From Clostridia bacterium (GTDB lineage: Bacteria > Bacillota > Clostridia > Oscillospirales > CAG-272): a stretch of DNA of 64,000 nt. Shown piece by piece: positions 19,167 through 27,911 of the stretch (positions are counted from its first letter, which is position 1; the number at the start of each line of letters is the position of its first letter). Made by a program: the position numbers and the translations under genes. The stretch is from positions 32,096 to 96,095 of the forward strand of contig JAQXHN010000018.1 of NCBI GenBank assembly GCA_029007295.1, read 5' to 3'. The notes beneath the pieces were generated by a model that saw only the letters and a program-made list of their open reading frames with translations, ran no database searches and was not told the DNA's origin.

Positions 19167-19878
19167 AATCCTTTCGGAAAGAATTCCCTCCTCTCTTTCG
19201 GAGGAATGGGACAATGACGGAGCGATGATTATTCCGCACGATACATGCGTCAACCGAATACTTTTGTCTCTTGACGCTACGACGCAGGCTGTTTCAAAAG
19301 CCATAGACGAAAAATTTGATTTGATAATAACGCATCACCCTCTGATTTTCCGTCCCGTAAGCTCCATTGTAAACGGTAAATACATTTCACTTATAGAAAA
19401 CGACATTGCCGTTTTCTCCTTTCACACCCGATTTGACACGGTATCGGGCGGCGTTAACGACGCTTTGGCTTCGATTCTGGGACTTGTAAAAATTGAAAGC
19501 CGTTCCATTATGCGTATAGGCGAGCTTGAAAAAGAAATGCCGACAGATTCCTTTGCGCAATTTGTTAAAGCTAAGCTTAACTGTCCCTGCCTCAACTATG
19601 TTAAGCGCCGTGACACCGTAAAAAAAGTAGTTCTTGTCGGCGGTGACGGCAAGGATTTTTCAACCGAAGCCGAGAATGTGGGAGCGGACACCTATATCAC
19701 GGGTAATATGAGCTACAATACTATGATCGACGCCTCAGAGGGCAAGCTTAACGTCATTGAGGCGGGCCACTACAATACCGAATTTCCGTCAATGTACGCC
19801 ATGAAGGATATTCTTCTTTCCGTTAATTCGGAATTTGAAATTGAAATTTTTGACAATAATCCGATTGTGACAATTTGA
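19144..19878 (+). CDS. Nif3-like dinuclear metal centre protein (YqfO/GTP cyclohydrolase 1 type 2 family)
   Basis: ITHHPLIF and HTRFD/AGHY motifs. The pairing with trmK is conserved. Confidence 0.85.
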   Translation: MKKSELYKILSERIPSSLSEEWDNDGAMIIPHDTCVNRILLSLDATTQAVSKAIDEKFDLIITHHPLIFRPVSSIVNGKYISLIENDIAVFSFHTRFDTVSGGVNDALASILGLVKIESRSIMRIGELEKEMPTDSFAQFVKAKLNCPCLNYVKRRDTVKKVVLVGGDGKDFSTEAENVGADTYITGNMSYNTMIDASEGKLNVIEAGHYNTEFPSMYAMKDILLSVNSEFEIEIFDNNPIVTI

Positions 19879-19939
19879 ATTTACAAAATTCTGTTTACAA
19901 AGCACAGGATTTAAGGTATAATAACTTTGTATATATGAG

Positions 19940-21076
19940 ATGATAACAGATGAAAGGTTAAACAACGTGATTATTCAGTTAGAGGAAGCAAAGCGCACCC
20001 TGCAGGAGCTCAACAAGGCTGTTATCGAGCTTGGCAGCGCACTCCGTATTGACGAAATAAAAAAAGAAATGACAGAGCTGGAGGAAAAAACCTCTGCGCC
20101 GGATTTTTGGTCGGATTCCGATAATTCCGGAAAGGTTTTGTCAAGAATAAAGAGCATAAAGGGCAGAATTTCCCGTTACGAATCGTTAAAAAGCCGAGTT
20201 GAGGACGTAGAGGTCCTTTGCGAAATGGGAATTGAGGAAAACGACGAATCTGTTGTGGATGAAGTGCTTTCCGAAATTAAGGCTCTGACCGAGGAGGAAG
20301 GCAAGCAGAAAATAGAGGTCCTTCTTTCGGGCGACTACGACAGGAACAACGCCATTCTTTCATTTCACCCCGGCGCAGGCGGCACCGAGGCTCAGGACTG
20401 GGCCTTGATGCTTTACCGGATGTATACCCGCTGGGGCGAAAAGCACGGTTACACCGTAAAGCTGGTTGACTGGCTCGACGGCGAAGAGGCAGGCTTGAAG
20501 AGCGCTACCGTTATGATTCAGGGAGAGAATGCATACGGTTACTTAAAAAGCGAATCGGGCGTTCATCGCCTCGTTCGAGTATCTCCCTTTGACGCCTCGG
20601 GAAGAAGACATACCTCCTTTGCGTCAGTCGAGGTCATGCCCGAATTTGAGGACGACGGAAAAATAGAAATACGGGATGAGGATCTTGAGATAACCGCTCA
20701 CCGTTCAAGCGGCGCAGGCGGTCAGCATATCAATAAGACGGACTCCGCCATTCGCATAGTGCATATTCCCACGGGAATTGTTGTAGGCTGTCAGACAGAG
20801 AGAAGCCAGCTTCAAAATAAAGAAACAGCCATGAAGATGCTGAAATCCAAGCTTATCGAAATAAAGGAAAGAGAAAAGCTTGATAAAATCGAGGATATTC
20901 AGGGCGTAAAGACGAATATCGAATGGGGCGCACAGATACGTTCCTATGTGTTTATGCCCTATACTCTCGTTAAGGACACCAGAACAGGCTATGAGGACGG
21001 TAACATTTCCGCCGTAATGGACGGCGACCTCGACGGCTTTATCAACGCTTATTTGAAGATGAACGCAGGAAAGTAG
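19940..21076 (+). CDS. prfB: Peptide chain release factor 2
   Basis: SPF tripeptide (RVSPFD) and GGQ motif (SGAGGQHINKT). A single uninterrupted frame. Confidence 0.95.
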   Translation: MITDERLNNVIIQLEEAKRTLQELNKAVIELGSALRIDEIKKEMTELEEKTSAPDFWSDSDNSGKVLSRIKSIKGRISRYESLKSRVEDVEVLCEMGIEENDESVVDEVLSEIKALTEEEGKQKIEVLLSGDYDRNNAILSFHPGAGGTEAQDWALMLYRMYTRWGEKHGYTVKLVDWLDGEEAGLKSATVMIQGENAYGYLKSESGVHRLVRVSPFDASGRRHTSFASVEVMPEFEDDGKIEIRDEDLEITAHRSSGAGGQHINKTDSAIRIVHIPTGIVVGCQTERSQLQNKETAMKMLKSKLIEIKEREKLDKIEDIQGVKTNIEWGAQIRSYVFMPYTLVKDTRTGYEDGNISAVMDGDLDGFINAYLKMNAGK

Positions 21077-21180
21077 CCTCAAAGCAAAACGGTATGCGTC
21101 TTATGAATCGGGCGGAATGTCTCGGATATTTAATTTTCGAATTTTTTTAAAAAATAAAATACGGTAAAGGAAGCAAAATT

Positions 21181-21474
21181 ATGTTAAAGAAAACAAGATT
21201 TTTCGTAGGAATCGCATTTATGGTACAAAGCTTTTCGTGCATTGTTGTTTTCATCACGCTTTTGGTAAAGAAAAAAAGCCTTTGGAAGACATTTCTTGCA
21301 ATCGGCCTTGCAGGAGGCGCCGCCGGCGCTTACCTTACAATCGGCGCATTAAAACACGACAGAAAGTTTAAAAAAGTATTGGAGGCGGTTGACGATTTGT
21401 GCGACTTCGACGATGACGGGGAAATCCCGGAGGTTCCCGTTGACGATACTGCGAGCGAGGCGGAGTTCGAGTAA
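21181..21474 (+). CDS. Small two-TM membrane protein with an acidic tail (unknown function)
   Basis: 97-aa ORF with two hydrophobic helices and an acidic C-terminus. It ends 2 nt before the next start. Confidence 0.5.
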   Translation: MLKKTRFFVGIAFMVQSFSCIVVFITLLVKKKSLWKTFLAIGLAGGAAGAYLTIGALKHDRKFKKVLEAVDDLCDFDDDGEIPEVPVDDTASEAEFE

Positions 21475-21476
21475 AA

Positions 21477-22184
21477 ATGGGAAGCATAATCGCCATCGGA
21501 GGAGGCGAGTTTACACGCCGTGAAATCGACAGGCTTGACTTAAGAACAAAAGAGCTTACCGGCAAGGAGCATCCGACGATGCTTTATATTCCCACGGCGT
21601 CCTGCGACGGGGAAATCGACCTTTACGACGAATATTACAGGGAGCTTGGCTTTAAGCTTGAAAAGCTGCTTCTTATTCGGGATAATCCCGATGAAAAAAC
21701 CATCCGTGAGGCGGTTTTCTCGGCAGACTGTATTTTTGCAGGCGGCGGAGACGCTATACTTTTGATGAAGGAATGGAAGAAGCACTCTCTCGATTCCGTT
21801 ATTCGGGAAGCCTTCCGTACAACGGATATTGTCCTTTCCGGCATCAGCGCAGGCTCGATTTGTTGGTTCTCTCTCGGTCACACCGACTCCCTCTCTTATT
21901 ATCGTAAGGATTGGGATTATTTAAAAATGGAAGGAATCGGGCTGATTCCCGCATTTCATTCTCCTCATTTTTGCCGCGAAAGGGCGGACAGCTTGGAAAA
22001 ATTCATGCGCCATGAGACTCTGACCGGCGTCGGCCTTGACAACGGCTGCGCCCTCGAATTTTCAGACGGCAGCTATAAAATCATAACGAGCATGGATACC
22101 GCACGGGCGCATATATACCGTAGCAATGCGGACAACACATACTCTGTAGAAATATTAAAAGACGCAGATACGCTTATTCTTTAA
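21477..22184 (+). CDS. Peptidase S51 (dipeptidase E-like) family protein
   Basis: GGGDA...GISAGSICWF nucleophile-elbow motif typical of S51. Confidence 0.75.
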   Translation: MGSIIAIGGGEFTRREIDRLDLRTKELTGKEHPTMLYIPTASCDGEIDLYDEYYRELGFKLEKLLLIRDNPDEKTIREAVFSADCIFAGGGDAILLMKEWKKHSLDSVIREAFRTTDIVLSGISAGSICWFSLGHTDSLSYYRKDWDYLKMEGIGLIPAFHSPHFCRERADSLEKFMRHETLTGVGLDNGCALEFSDGSYKIITSMDTARAHIYRSNADNTYSVEILKDADTLIL

Positions 22185-22227
22185 ACGGATTCATAAGCAA
22201 GCTTATTCCTTATCGGATAACGGAAAA

Positions 22228-22262
22228 GGAGCAAGGCTGACATGGCCTTGCTCCCATTTTTT
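22228..22262. terminator. Bidirectional intrinsic terminator
   Basis: GGAGCAAGGC-tgacatg-GCCTTGCTCC followed by CATTTTTTTATTTT, between convergent genes. Confidence 0.75.
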
Positions 22263-22364
22263 TATTTTATTTTCCGTAGCCTTGCAGAAAAAGCTATTCG
22301 TCGGTTTTACGACTTTAAAAAACCTATTTTATAACGGTTATTCGGCGTCTAAGTCTGACGCTGC

Positions 22365-24386
22365 TTATTCCGATTCAGCCGGTGCTTCCTCGGTCTCTGC
22401 CTCAACCTCTGCTACTTCCTCTTCCTCTTCCGGCTCTGTTAAAGCCTTTACGGAGAGAGAGATGCGTTTGTTCTCTTCGTCAATGTCAACAATCTTGGCG
22501 TCAAGAACCTGACCTAAAGCAAGAACCTCGCCGGGATTTGCAATCTTCTTCTCGTTGGTGATTTGAGAAATATGGATAAGTCCGTCAACGCCGGGAACGA
22601 TTTCCGCAAATGCGCCGAAGGGCATAAGGGAAACTACCTTAACGCTTGCAACAGAACCAACCTGGTATTTGTTTGTGAATATCACCCAGGGATTTGTCGC
22701 TTCGGTCTTATATCCGAGGGAAATACGCTTCTTTTCGCGGTCAAAATCCTTAACGAATACTTCGAGAACCTCGCCGACGGAAACCACGTCCGAAGGCTGT
22801 TTGATTCTCTGCCATGAAAGCTCTGTTGTATGTACCATACCGTCAACGGGTCCGAGATCAACGAAAGCTCCGAAGGAGGTAAGAGACTTAACCTTACCCG
22901 TAAACTTCTTTCCGACTTCCATTTCGTCCCAGAATTTGTTTTCGACAGCCTTTCTCTCCTCGCGCTCAATTACACGAATTGAACCTGCGATACGGTGGCG
23001 TGCTTCGTCAACGTCGGTAATCTTGATTTTCTTTGTCTGACCGACAAGGGAGGAAAAGTCAACGCCTCTGGGAAGGCCCGTCTGTGAAGCGGGGATAAAT
23101 ACACGTACGCCGTGAATATTCATGACCACGCCGCCCTTGTTGCTTTCGGTAATTTTACCCTCGAGAACAGCGTCGGCTTCCTTAGCGTCGGCAACCTTTT
23201 TCCAGTTAGCGTTGGCTTCAATCTGTCTTCTGGAAAGCGTTGCAACACCGTCAACGTCGCTGACACGTACAGCCTTTGCGGTGATTTCATCACCGGGCTT
23301 GTATACGTCGGTAAGCTTAAGCGAAGGATCGACCAAATCGCTTGCCGGCAAAATACCCGTAACTTTTGCACCGATGTCAACCTTGACCTCGTTTGCGTCA
23401 ACGGATAAAATCGTTCCCGTAACCATGTCTCCTGTATTTAAAGTTTTGAATGAAGATTCAAGAAGTTGTTCGAAGTCTTCGACTTCATTTGTTTTGTTGA
23501 GTTTATCGCTCATAATGGTTTTAACCTCCTCGATTATATTGCCGGGAGTAGACGCTCCTGCGGCAATTCCTACTTTTGTAGGTTTTATGATAGGAAGCAC
23601 GGCCGGTATGTCGGCGGCGCTCTCAATGAACAAGGTGTCAGTCAAAATTGATTTTGCAATCGTATACAGCTTGTTTGTGTTCGAGCTGTTTCTTCCGCCG
23701 ACGATAAGCATCAAATCGACTCTTTTTGCTAAAGAGGCTACCTCTTCCTGGCGTTTTTCCGTAACACTACATATTGTATCAAAAATAAGTGAATTTGTAC
23801 AGACCTTTTTAATAAAATTTTGACTTTTTTTCCATTCGGTTAAATTTTGCGTTGTCTGAGAAACAAGAATCAGTGGTTTGTCTGCTATTTCGGTCAATTT
23901 TAATTCACAAATGTCCCCAAAAACAATGTTTTCACCTTTTGCATAGGAGCGAATGCCCTCTACCTCCGGGTGCTTTTCGTCACCGAAAATAAGAGTTAAA
24001 TTGTTTTCCTGCGAATGCTCGTTGACAAGGTTGTGTATTTTTTTTACGAGAGGACAGGTGCAGTCAACCGTTTTAAAATACCTGTTCCGTTTTGACAGCT
24101 CCTGAAGACGCTCGCTAAGGCGTTTGGGAATGCCGTGAGCGCGAATGACCACCGCACAGGGATTGTTTTCGTCAGTACTTTGGAAAATTCCGTCAATTTC
24201 GGCTTCGGAAATAACGCCGACGCCGTCCCTTTCAAGCTCGGCAACGACCCCGTCGTTGTGAATAAGCTTTCCCAAGGTGTATATCGAGTATTCTCCCTTT
24301 TCCGAAAGCGTCTTTACCGTTTCGTAAGCTCTTTTTACACCGAAGCAAAAGCCCGCAAGCGACGCAACTTCTATTTTCGGCTTCAT
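22365..24386 (-). CDS. ispH: Bifunctional IspH (4-hydroxy-3-methylbut-2-enyl diphosphate reductase) / ribosomal protein S1 fusion
   Basis: The N-terminal part of about 290 aa is LytB/IspH (AGFCFGVKRA, three Cys-region blocks). The C-terminal part has four S1 domains (GxV.g.v...GafV), then an acidic tail. Confidence 0.9.
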   Translation of the reverse strand: MKPKIEVASLAGFCFGVKRAYETVKTLSEKGEYSIYTLGKLIHNDGVVAELERDGVGVISEAEIDGIFQSTDENNPCAVVIRAHGIPKRLSERLQELSKRNRYFKTVDCTCPLVKKIHNLVNEHSQENNLTLIFGDEKHPEVEGIRSYAKGENIVFGDICELKLTEIADKPLILVSQTTQNLTEWKKSQNFIKKVCTNSLIFDTICSVTEKRQEEVASLAKRVDLMLIVGGRNSSNTNKLYTIAKSILTDTLFIESAADIPAVLPIIKPTKVGIAAGASTPGNIIEEVKTIMSDKLNKTNEVEDFEQLLESSFKTLNTGDMVTGTILSVDANEVKVDIGAKVTGILPASDLVDPSLKLTDVYKPGDEITAKAVRVSDVDGVATLSRRQIEANANWKKVADAKEADAVLEGKITESNKGGVVMNIHGVRVFIPASQTGLPRGVDFSSLVGQTKKIKITDVDEARHRIAGSIRVIEREERKAVENKFWDEMEVGKKFTGKVKSLTSFGAFVDLGPVDGMVHTTELSWQRIKQPSDVVSVGEVLEVFVKDFDREKKRISLGYKTEATNPWVIFTNKYQVGSVASVKVVSLMPFGAFAEIVPGVDGLIHISQITNEKKIANPGEVLALGQVLDAKIVDIDEENKRISLSVKALTEPEEEEEVAEVEAETEEAPAESE

Positions 24387-25000
24387 TTAATTGTATCTCC
24401 GTCGGGTATCAGCATTTCCGTAATTCTGTCAAATATGATATGCGACGCATTTTCGTACTCGCTTTTCGTGCCCTTTTCAAATCCGAGCTCGTCTCTGTAA
24501 ATCGGCTTGCCCAAGGTAACAAAGGTTTTTCGGAAGGGAAGTATCTTCATTTTCTTCGTTTGAATACAGATGGGAAGAATGGGAACGTCTTTTCTGTAGA
24601 CTATCATCGCAATGCCCGCTTTGACCTCGGTTTGTCTCGGATCTACACCCCTTCGTCTTGTGCCCTGCGGATAAAGCCCTACGCACTTACCCTCGTCAAG
24701 TAATTGTATTGTTTTTTTGATTGCCGAAACATCGGCAGCTCCGCGTTTTACGGGAAAAGCCCCGAGGGCCGTAATCAGCTGCTTTAAAACGGGGATTTTA
24801 AAAAGCTCCGCCTTTGCAAAAAAATGCACCTTTCGCTTCAGACAGGCCGCCGTTATCAAAACGTCGTTGTTTGACAGATGATTAGGACAGGCAAGATATG
24901 CCCCGTCCTTCGGTTCGTTCTCGCTTCCGCTCAATTTTACTCTGAAAAAAAATTTAAAAAAAGGCGAAAGCGGTTTGTATAAAAAGGAATATAAGCTCAT
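24383..25000 (-). CDS. plsC: 1-acyl-sn-glycerol-3-phosphate acyltransferase
   Basis: NHLSNNDV (NHxxxxD) and FPQGTR-type (YPQGTRRR) motifs. Confidence 0.85.
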   Translation of the reverse strand: MSLYSFLYKPLSPFFKFFFRVKLSGSENEPKDGAYLACPNHLSNNDVLITAACLKRKVHFFAKAELFKIPVLKQLITALGAFPVKRGAADVSAIKKTIQLLDEGKCVGLYPQGTRRRGVDPRQTEVKAGIAMIVYRKDVPILPICIQTKKMKILPFRKTFVTLGKPIYRDELGFEKGTKSEYENASHIIFDRITEMLIPDGDTIK

Positions 25001-25689
25001 TAAAACTCTCCGACCTTGCTTTTTATGATTTCAAGCGCTTTTTCAAGCATTTCTTCCTTGTTATACTCCGAATTGTCAAAGAAGACGCTGTCTTCGGCAG
25101 GCACGGCGGGCGCAACATCCCTCTCTCTGTCTCGTTTATCTCGCTCCGTCATGTCTTTAAGTACCGCTTCGTAGGTGGTTTCGATTCCTTTTTCGGTTAA
25201 TTCCTTAAATCGGCGAGCCGCTCTTCCTTCGTTTGTGGCCGTTAAAAAAATCTTGACGTCGGCGTTCGGCAGGATAACGGTCCCTATATCTCTTCCGTCC
25301 ATTACCACGCTTTTTGTTTTGGCAATATCCCTTTGCAAATTCAAAAGAAACTCTCGAACCTCGGGAATAGCAGAAACCTTAGAGGCATTGGAGGATATTT
25401 CCGGAGTGCGGATTTTTTCCATTACATCCTCGCCGTTCAAAACAAGTCGCTGCTTGCCGTCCTCGGTGTATTCCAGAGACAGTGTGATTTTTTCAAGCGC
25501 CGGAACGACCTTATCCTTTTTGCCGGTATCTATACCGTTTTGCACCATGTAAAGAGCTATTGAACGGTACATCGCCCCTGTGTCAACATAGATAATGCGC
25601 AATTTTTCCGCAACCATTTTGGCAAGCGTGCTCTTGCCTGCGCCTGAGGGTCCGTCTATTGCTATATTTATAATTCTATCCATAATCAA
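25000..25689 (-). CDS. cmk: Cytidylate kinase
   Basis: IAIDGPSGAGKST P-loop with cmk family shape. The start could be the ATG two codons downstream, at 25683. Confidence 0.95.
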   Translation of the reverse strand: MIMDRIINIAIDGPSGAGKSTLAKMVAEKLRIIYVDTGAMYRSIALYMVQNGIDTGKKDKVVPALEKITLSLEYTEDGKQRLVLNGEDVMEKIRTPEISSNASKVSAIPEVREFLLNLQRDIAKTKSVVMDGRDIGTVILPNADVKIFLTATNEGRAARRFKELTEKGIETTYEAVLKDMTERDKRDRERDVAPAVPAEDSVFFDNSEYNKEEMLEKALEIIKSKVGEF

Positions 25690-26876
25690 TCCTTCCTTCC
25701 TGCTATTGCCGCAGCGGCGCTTGCCGCCGTGGAAAATGCGATTTGCAGGTTAAAGCCTCCCGTGTAGGCGTCAACGTCAATCACTTCGCCTGCAAAGTAA
25801 AGCCCCGACACGAGCTTGCTTTCCATTGTTTTCGGATTTATTTCCTTTACCGATACCCCGCCAGAAGTGATAATTGCCTCTGAAATGGGGCGAAAGCCGG
25901 ATATTTCGACTTCAAATGATTTTAAGGTCCGCAAAACGGCTCTTCGCTGTTCCTTGGTTATCGAATTTACCTTCTGCGTTCCGTCCAAATCGCACTTTTC
26001 CACAAATGAAGGAATCAGCTTTCTCGGAAGCAGATCCGAAAATGCGTTCTGTATATCCTTATTTTTATATTTTGCGAAATCGGAAAGAACTCTTGCGTCC
26101 AGAGTTTTTTCATCAAGGGCGGGCTTCAGGTCTATTTTAACCGTGTATCTTGCATTCTCCATTTCACGCATTCTCGAGGAGGCGGTCAGCATCAAGGGTC
26201 CCGACAGCCCGAAATGGGTGAAGAGCAGCTCCCCTGTTTCGGAATAGATCGCTTTGCTTCTTTTATTATCGAAAACCGTCGCTCTTACATTGCGAAGAGA
26301 CAGGCCCTGACAGCTTTTACAGCATTTATCGTTTGACGTCAGGGGAACAAGCGACGGCTTTATTTCCGTTACGGTATGCCCCGCCTTTCTCGCCATTTCG
26401 TAGCCGTCTCCGGTTGAGCCCGTCAGCGGATAGGAAGCGCCTCCGCAGGCAATAACCGCATTGTCCGCACGGTGTACCCCCTTATTTGTTTTAACGCCTA
26501 CAACCTTGTCGTTCTCGATGAGTATCTCCAGCGCGGTTTCGTTCAGGAAACAGCGTCCCATGTAGCTTTTCAGGGCGTCCACTATATCGTATGCGCTGTC
26601 GGATACGGGGAATACTCTTTGTCCGCGTTCAACCTTTAACGGTACTCCCAGCCCCTCGAAGAGTTTTTTTACGCTTTGGTTGTCAAATGAGTAAAAGGAG
26701 CTGTACATAAAGCTTGAATTTACGGGAATATTTTGAAAAAACTCCTCGGCGTCGCAGTCATTCGTCAGATTGCATCTGCCCTTGCCGGTGATTGCAAGCT
26801 TTCTGCCCGGCTTTTCGTTTTTTTCAATTACGGTTACATTCTCAGAGCGGCTTCGGAGCATTCCCGCACAGAGCAT
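25686..26876 (-). CDS. HI0933-family NAD(P)/FAD-dependent oxidoreductase; canonical-start model lacks the GxGxxG motif
   Basis: HI0933-like body (GKGRCNLTN, ACGGASYP.TGSTGDGY, FAGEVIDVDAYTGGFNLQ). The in-frame sequence upstream of the first ATG encodes (ACG)-K-T-I-I-I-G-A-G-A-A-G. The true N-terminus therefore probably begins at 26912; see findings. Confidence 0.8.
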   Translation of the reverse strand: MLCAGMLRSRSENVTVIEKNEKPGRKLAITGKGRCNLTNDCDAEEFFQNIPVNSSFMYSSFYSFDNQSVKKLFEGLGVPLKVERGQRVFPVSDSAYDIVDALKSYMGRCFLNETALEILIENDKVVGVKTNKGVHRADNAVIACGGASYPLTGSTGDGYEMARKAGHTVTEIKPSLVPLTSNDKCCKSCQGLSLRNVRATVFDNKRSKAIYSETGELLFTHFGLSGPLMLTASSRMREMENARYTVKIDLKPALDEKTLDARVLSDFAKYKNKDIQNAFSDLLPRKLIPSFVEKCDLDGTQKVNSITKEQRRAVLRTLKSFEVEISGFRPISEAIITSGGVSVKEINPKTMESKLVSGLYFAGEVIDVDAYTGGFNLQIAFSTAASAAAAIAGRKD

Positions 26877-26949
26877 TCCCGCCGCACCGGCGCCGATAAT
26901 TATTGTTTTCGTTTGCCGTCACCGTCCTTTTTGTTTTTTCTCGAAAGCG

Positions 26950-27672
26950 TCATCTTCCGAAGGACTTAACGAAGTTATGATATATTTCCCGTCCCTCGTC
27001 TGTCAGCTCACAGTGACCGAGTCCTTTAAATTCATAATAATCCATATCTCTGCCGAGCGCCTTCATTTTTCCGACAAATACATCGGAATGCTTATCCTTA
27101 TGAACGGCGCCGTCCTTGTCTGCGTGGAAAACGGCGTACTTAATATCGGGCATTGAATCAACAAGATGCACGGGGGAGCGAAGCTTTATCGCCTCCTCAT
27201 ACGGCATATCAAAATGTGCGTAGGAGGAATATACTGTTCTTGCAACATCGGGGCGCTCGGTGAAATGGTAAAGCAAATCGCATACAGGCGAAAGCGCAGC
27301 CACCGCAACAGGGGTTCTCTTTGCGTATCTTGCATAAACGAGCGCTCCCTGCCCTCCCATTGAATATCCGCTCGAAACAATCGGAATATCACCGTCAAGT
27401 CCAAAACGCTCGATTACCGCGTCAATGACCTCGTCGACATATTTCACCGACGAATCGTTCATCCAGCACCAAGGTCCGTAGTAGGGAAGAATGTAGAGCG
27501 CTTCCTGCTCAGCTAAAATTCGGGCAAGCGGCCACTGGTCGGTGAGCATATCGAGTCCGCCGCCGAGCCCGTGAAATTCAACTACCAAAGACTTTGGCTT
27601 TGCGCCCTTTAAGAGCTCCTCGTTTGTGTGCGCAAAAAGCTCTATATTATCCTTATTTATGGGAGATTGCAT
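26950..27672 (-). CDS. Alpha/beta hydrolase (esterase / prolyl-oligopeptidase-like)
   Basis: GYSMGG nucleophile elbow with a C-terminal D/H region. I prefer the ATG at 27672 (AAAGGAAAAGG RBS) over the basic 50-aa extension in the track ORF. Confidence 0.75.
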   Translation of the reverse strand: MQSPINKDNIELFAHTNEELLKGAKPKSLVVEFHGLGGGLDMLTDQWPLARILAEQEALYILPYYGPWCWMNDSSVKYVDEVIDAVIERFGLDGDIPIVSSGYSMGGQGALVYARYAKRTPVAVAALSPVCDLLYHFTERPDVARTVYSSYAHFDMPYEEAIKLRSPVHLVDSMPDIKYAVFHADKDGAVHKDKHSDVFVGKMKALGRDMDYYEFKGLGHCELTDEGREIYHNFVKSFGR

Positions 27673-27707
27673 AACGGTACCTTTTCCTTTAATTTTTTCA
27701 ACTTTAG

Positions 27708-27911
27708 TTAATTTTGCTTTTGAACGCTCTTGTATTCGTCGTAAAATTTGTAGTAAGGGCAGTCGGTAAAAATACCGAATGCCCTTTTTTCCGCTTCGTC
27801 TTCGTCGAGAGCCTGAGTGCATATCTGCTCGTCCAGGGTCTGGTCATAATCGAAATACATACAGCTCTCGCAGTTTGTCTGCGGAGCCCTTTTGTTTTTG
27901 TTAACCGACAT
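27708..27911 (-). CDS. Small acidic four-cysteine protein (unknown function)
   Basis: MSVNKNKRAPQTNCESCMYFDYD...QICTQ...FTDCPYYKF, with a CxxC...C...C pattern. The start overlaps the upstream SLH gene stop by 11 nt. Confidence 0.45.
   Translation of the reverse strand: MSVNKNKRAPQTNCESCMYFDYDQTLDEQICTQALDEDEAEKRAFGIFTDCPYYKFYDEYKSVQKQN

Noticed and set aside
19940-21076. I looked for the programmed +1 frameshift (CTT TGA C site around codon 25) that many bacterial prfB genes carry.
   Set aside because: The RF2 reading frame is continuous from the ATG at 19940 through the region homologous to the E. coli shift site (…ELGSALRIDEIKK…). There is no in-frame TGA and no need for a shift. Frameshift-less prfB is common enough not to be notable.
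23122-23823. 233-aa ORF on the + strand, antisense to the S1 part of ispH/rpsA. Similar long antisense ORFs occur at 31195-31758, 35088-35594, 51079-51609, 53519-54091, 55613-56222 and 57407-58030.
   Set aside because: Each lies entirely inside a well-supported gene on the other strand. They have low-complexity or Ser/Leu/Arg-rich translations, no RBS and no recognisable motifs. These are typical shadow ORFs.
26950-27822. The 290-aa version of the alpha/beta hydrolase ORF, with a highly basic 50-aa N-terminal extension (MHSGSRRRRSGKKG…).
   Set aside because: The extension overlaps the small Cys-protein gene region, has no RBS and looks non-coding. The internal ATG at 27672 has a strong RBS and gives a normal hydrolase N-terminus.
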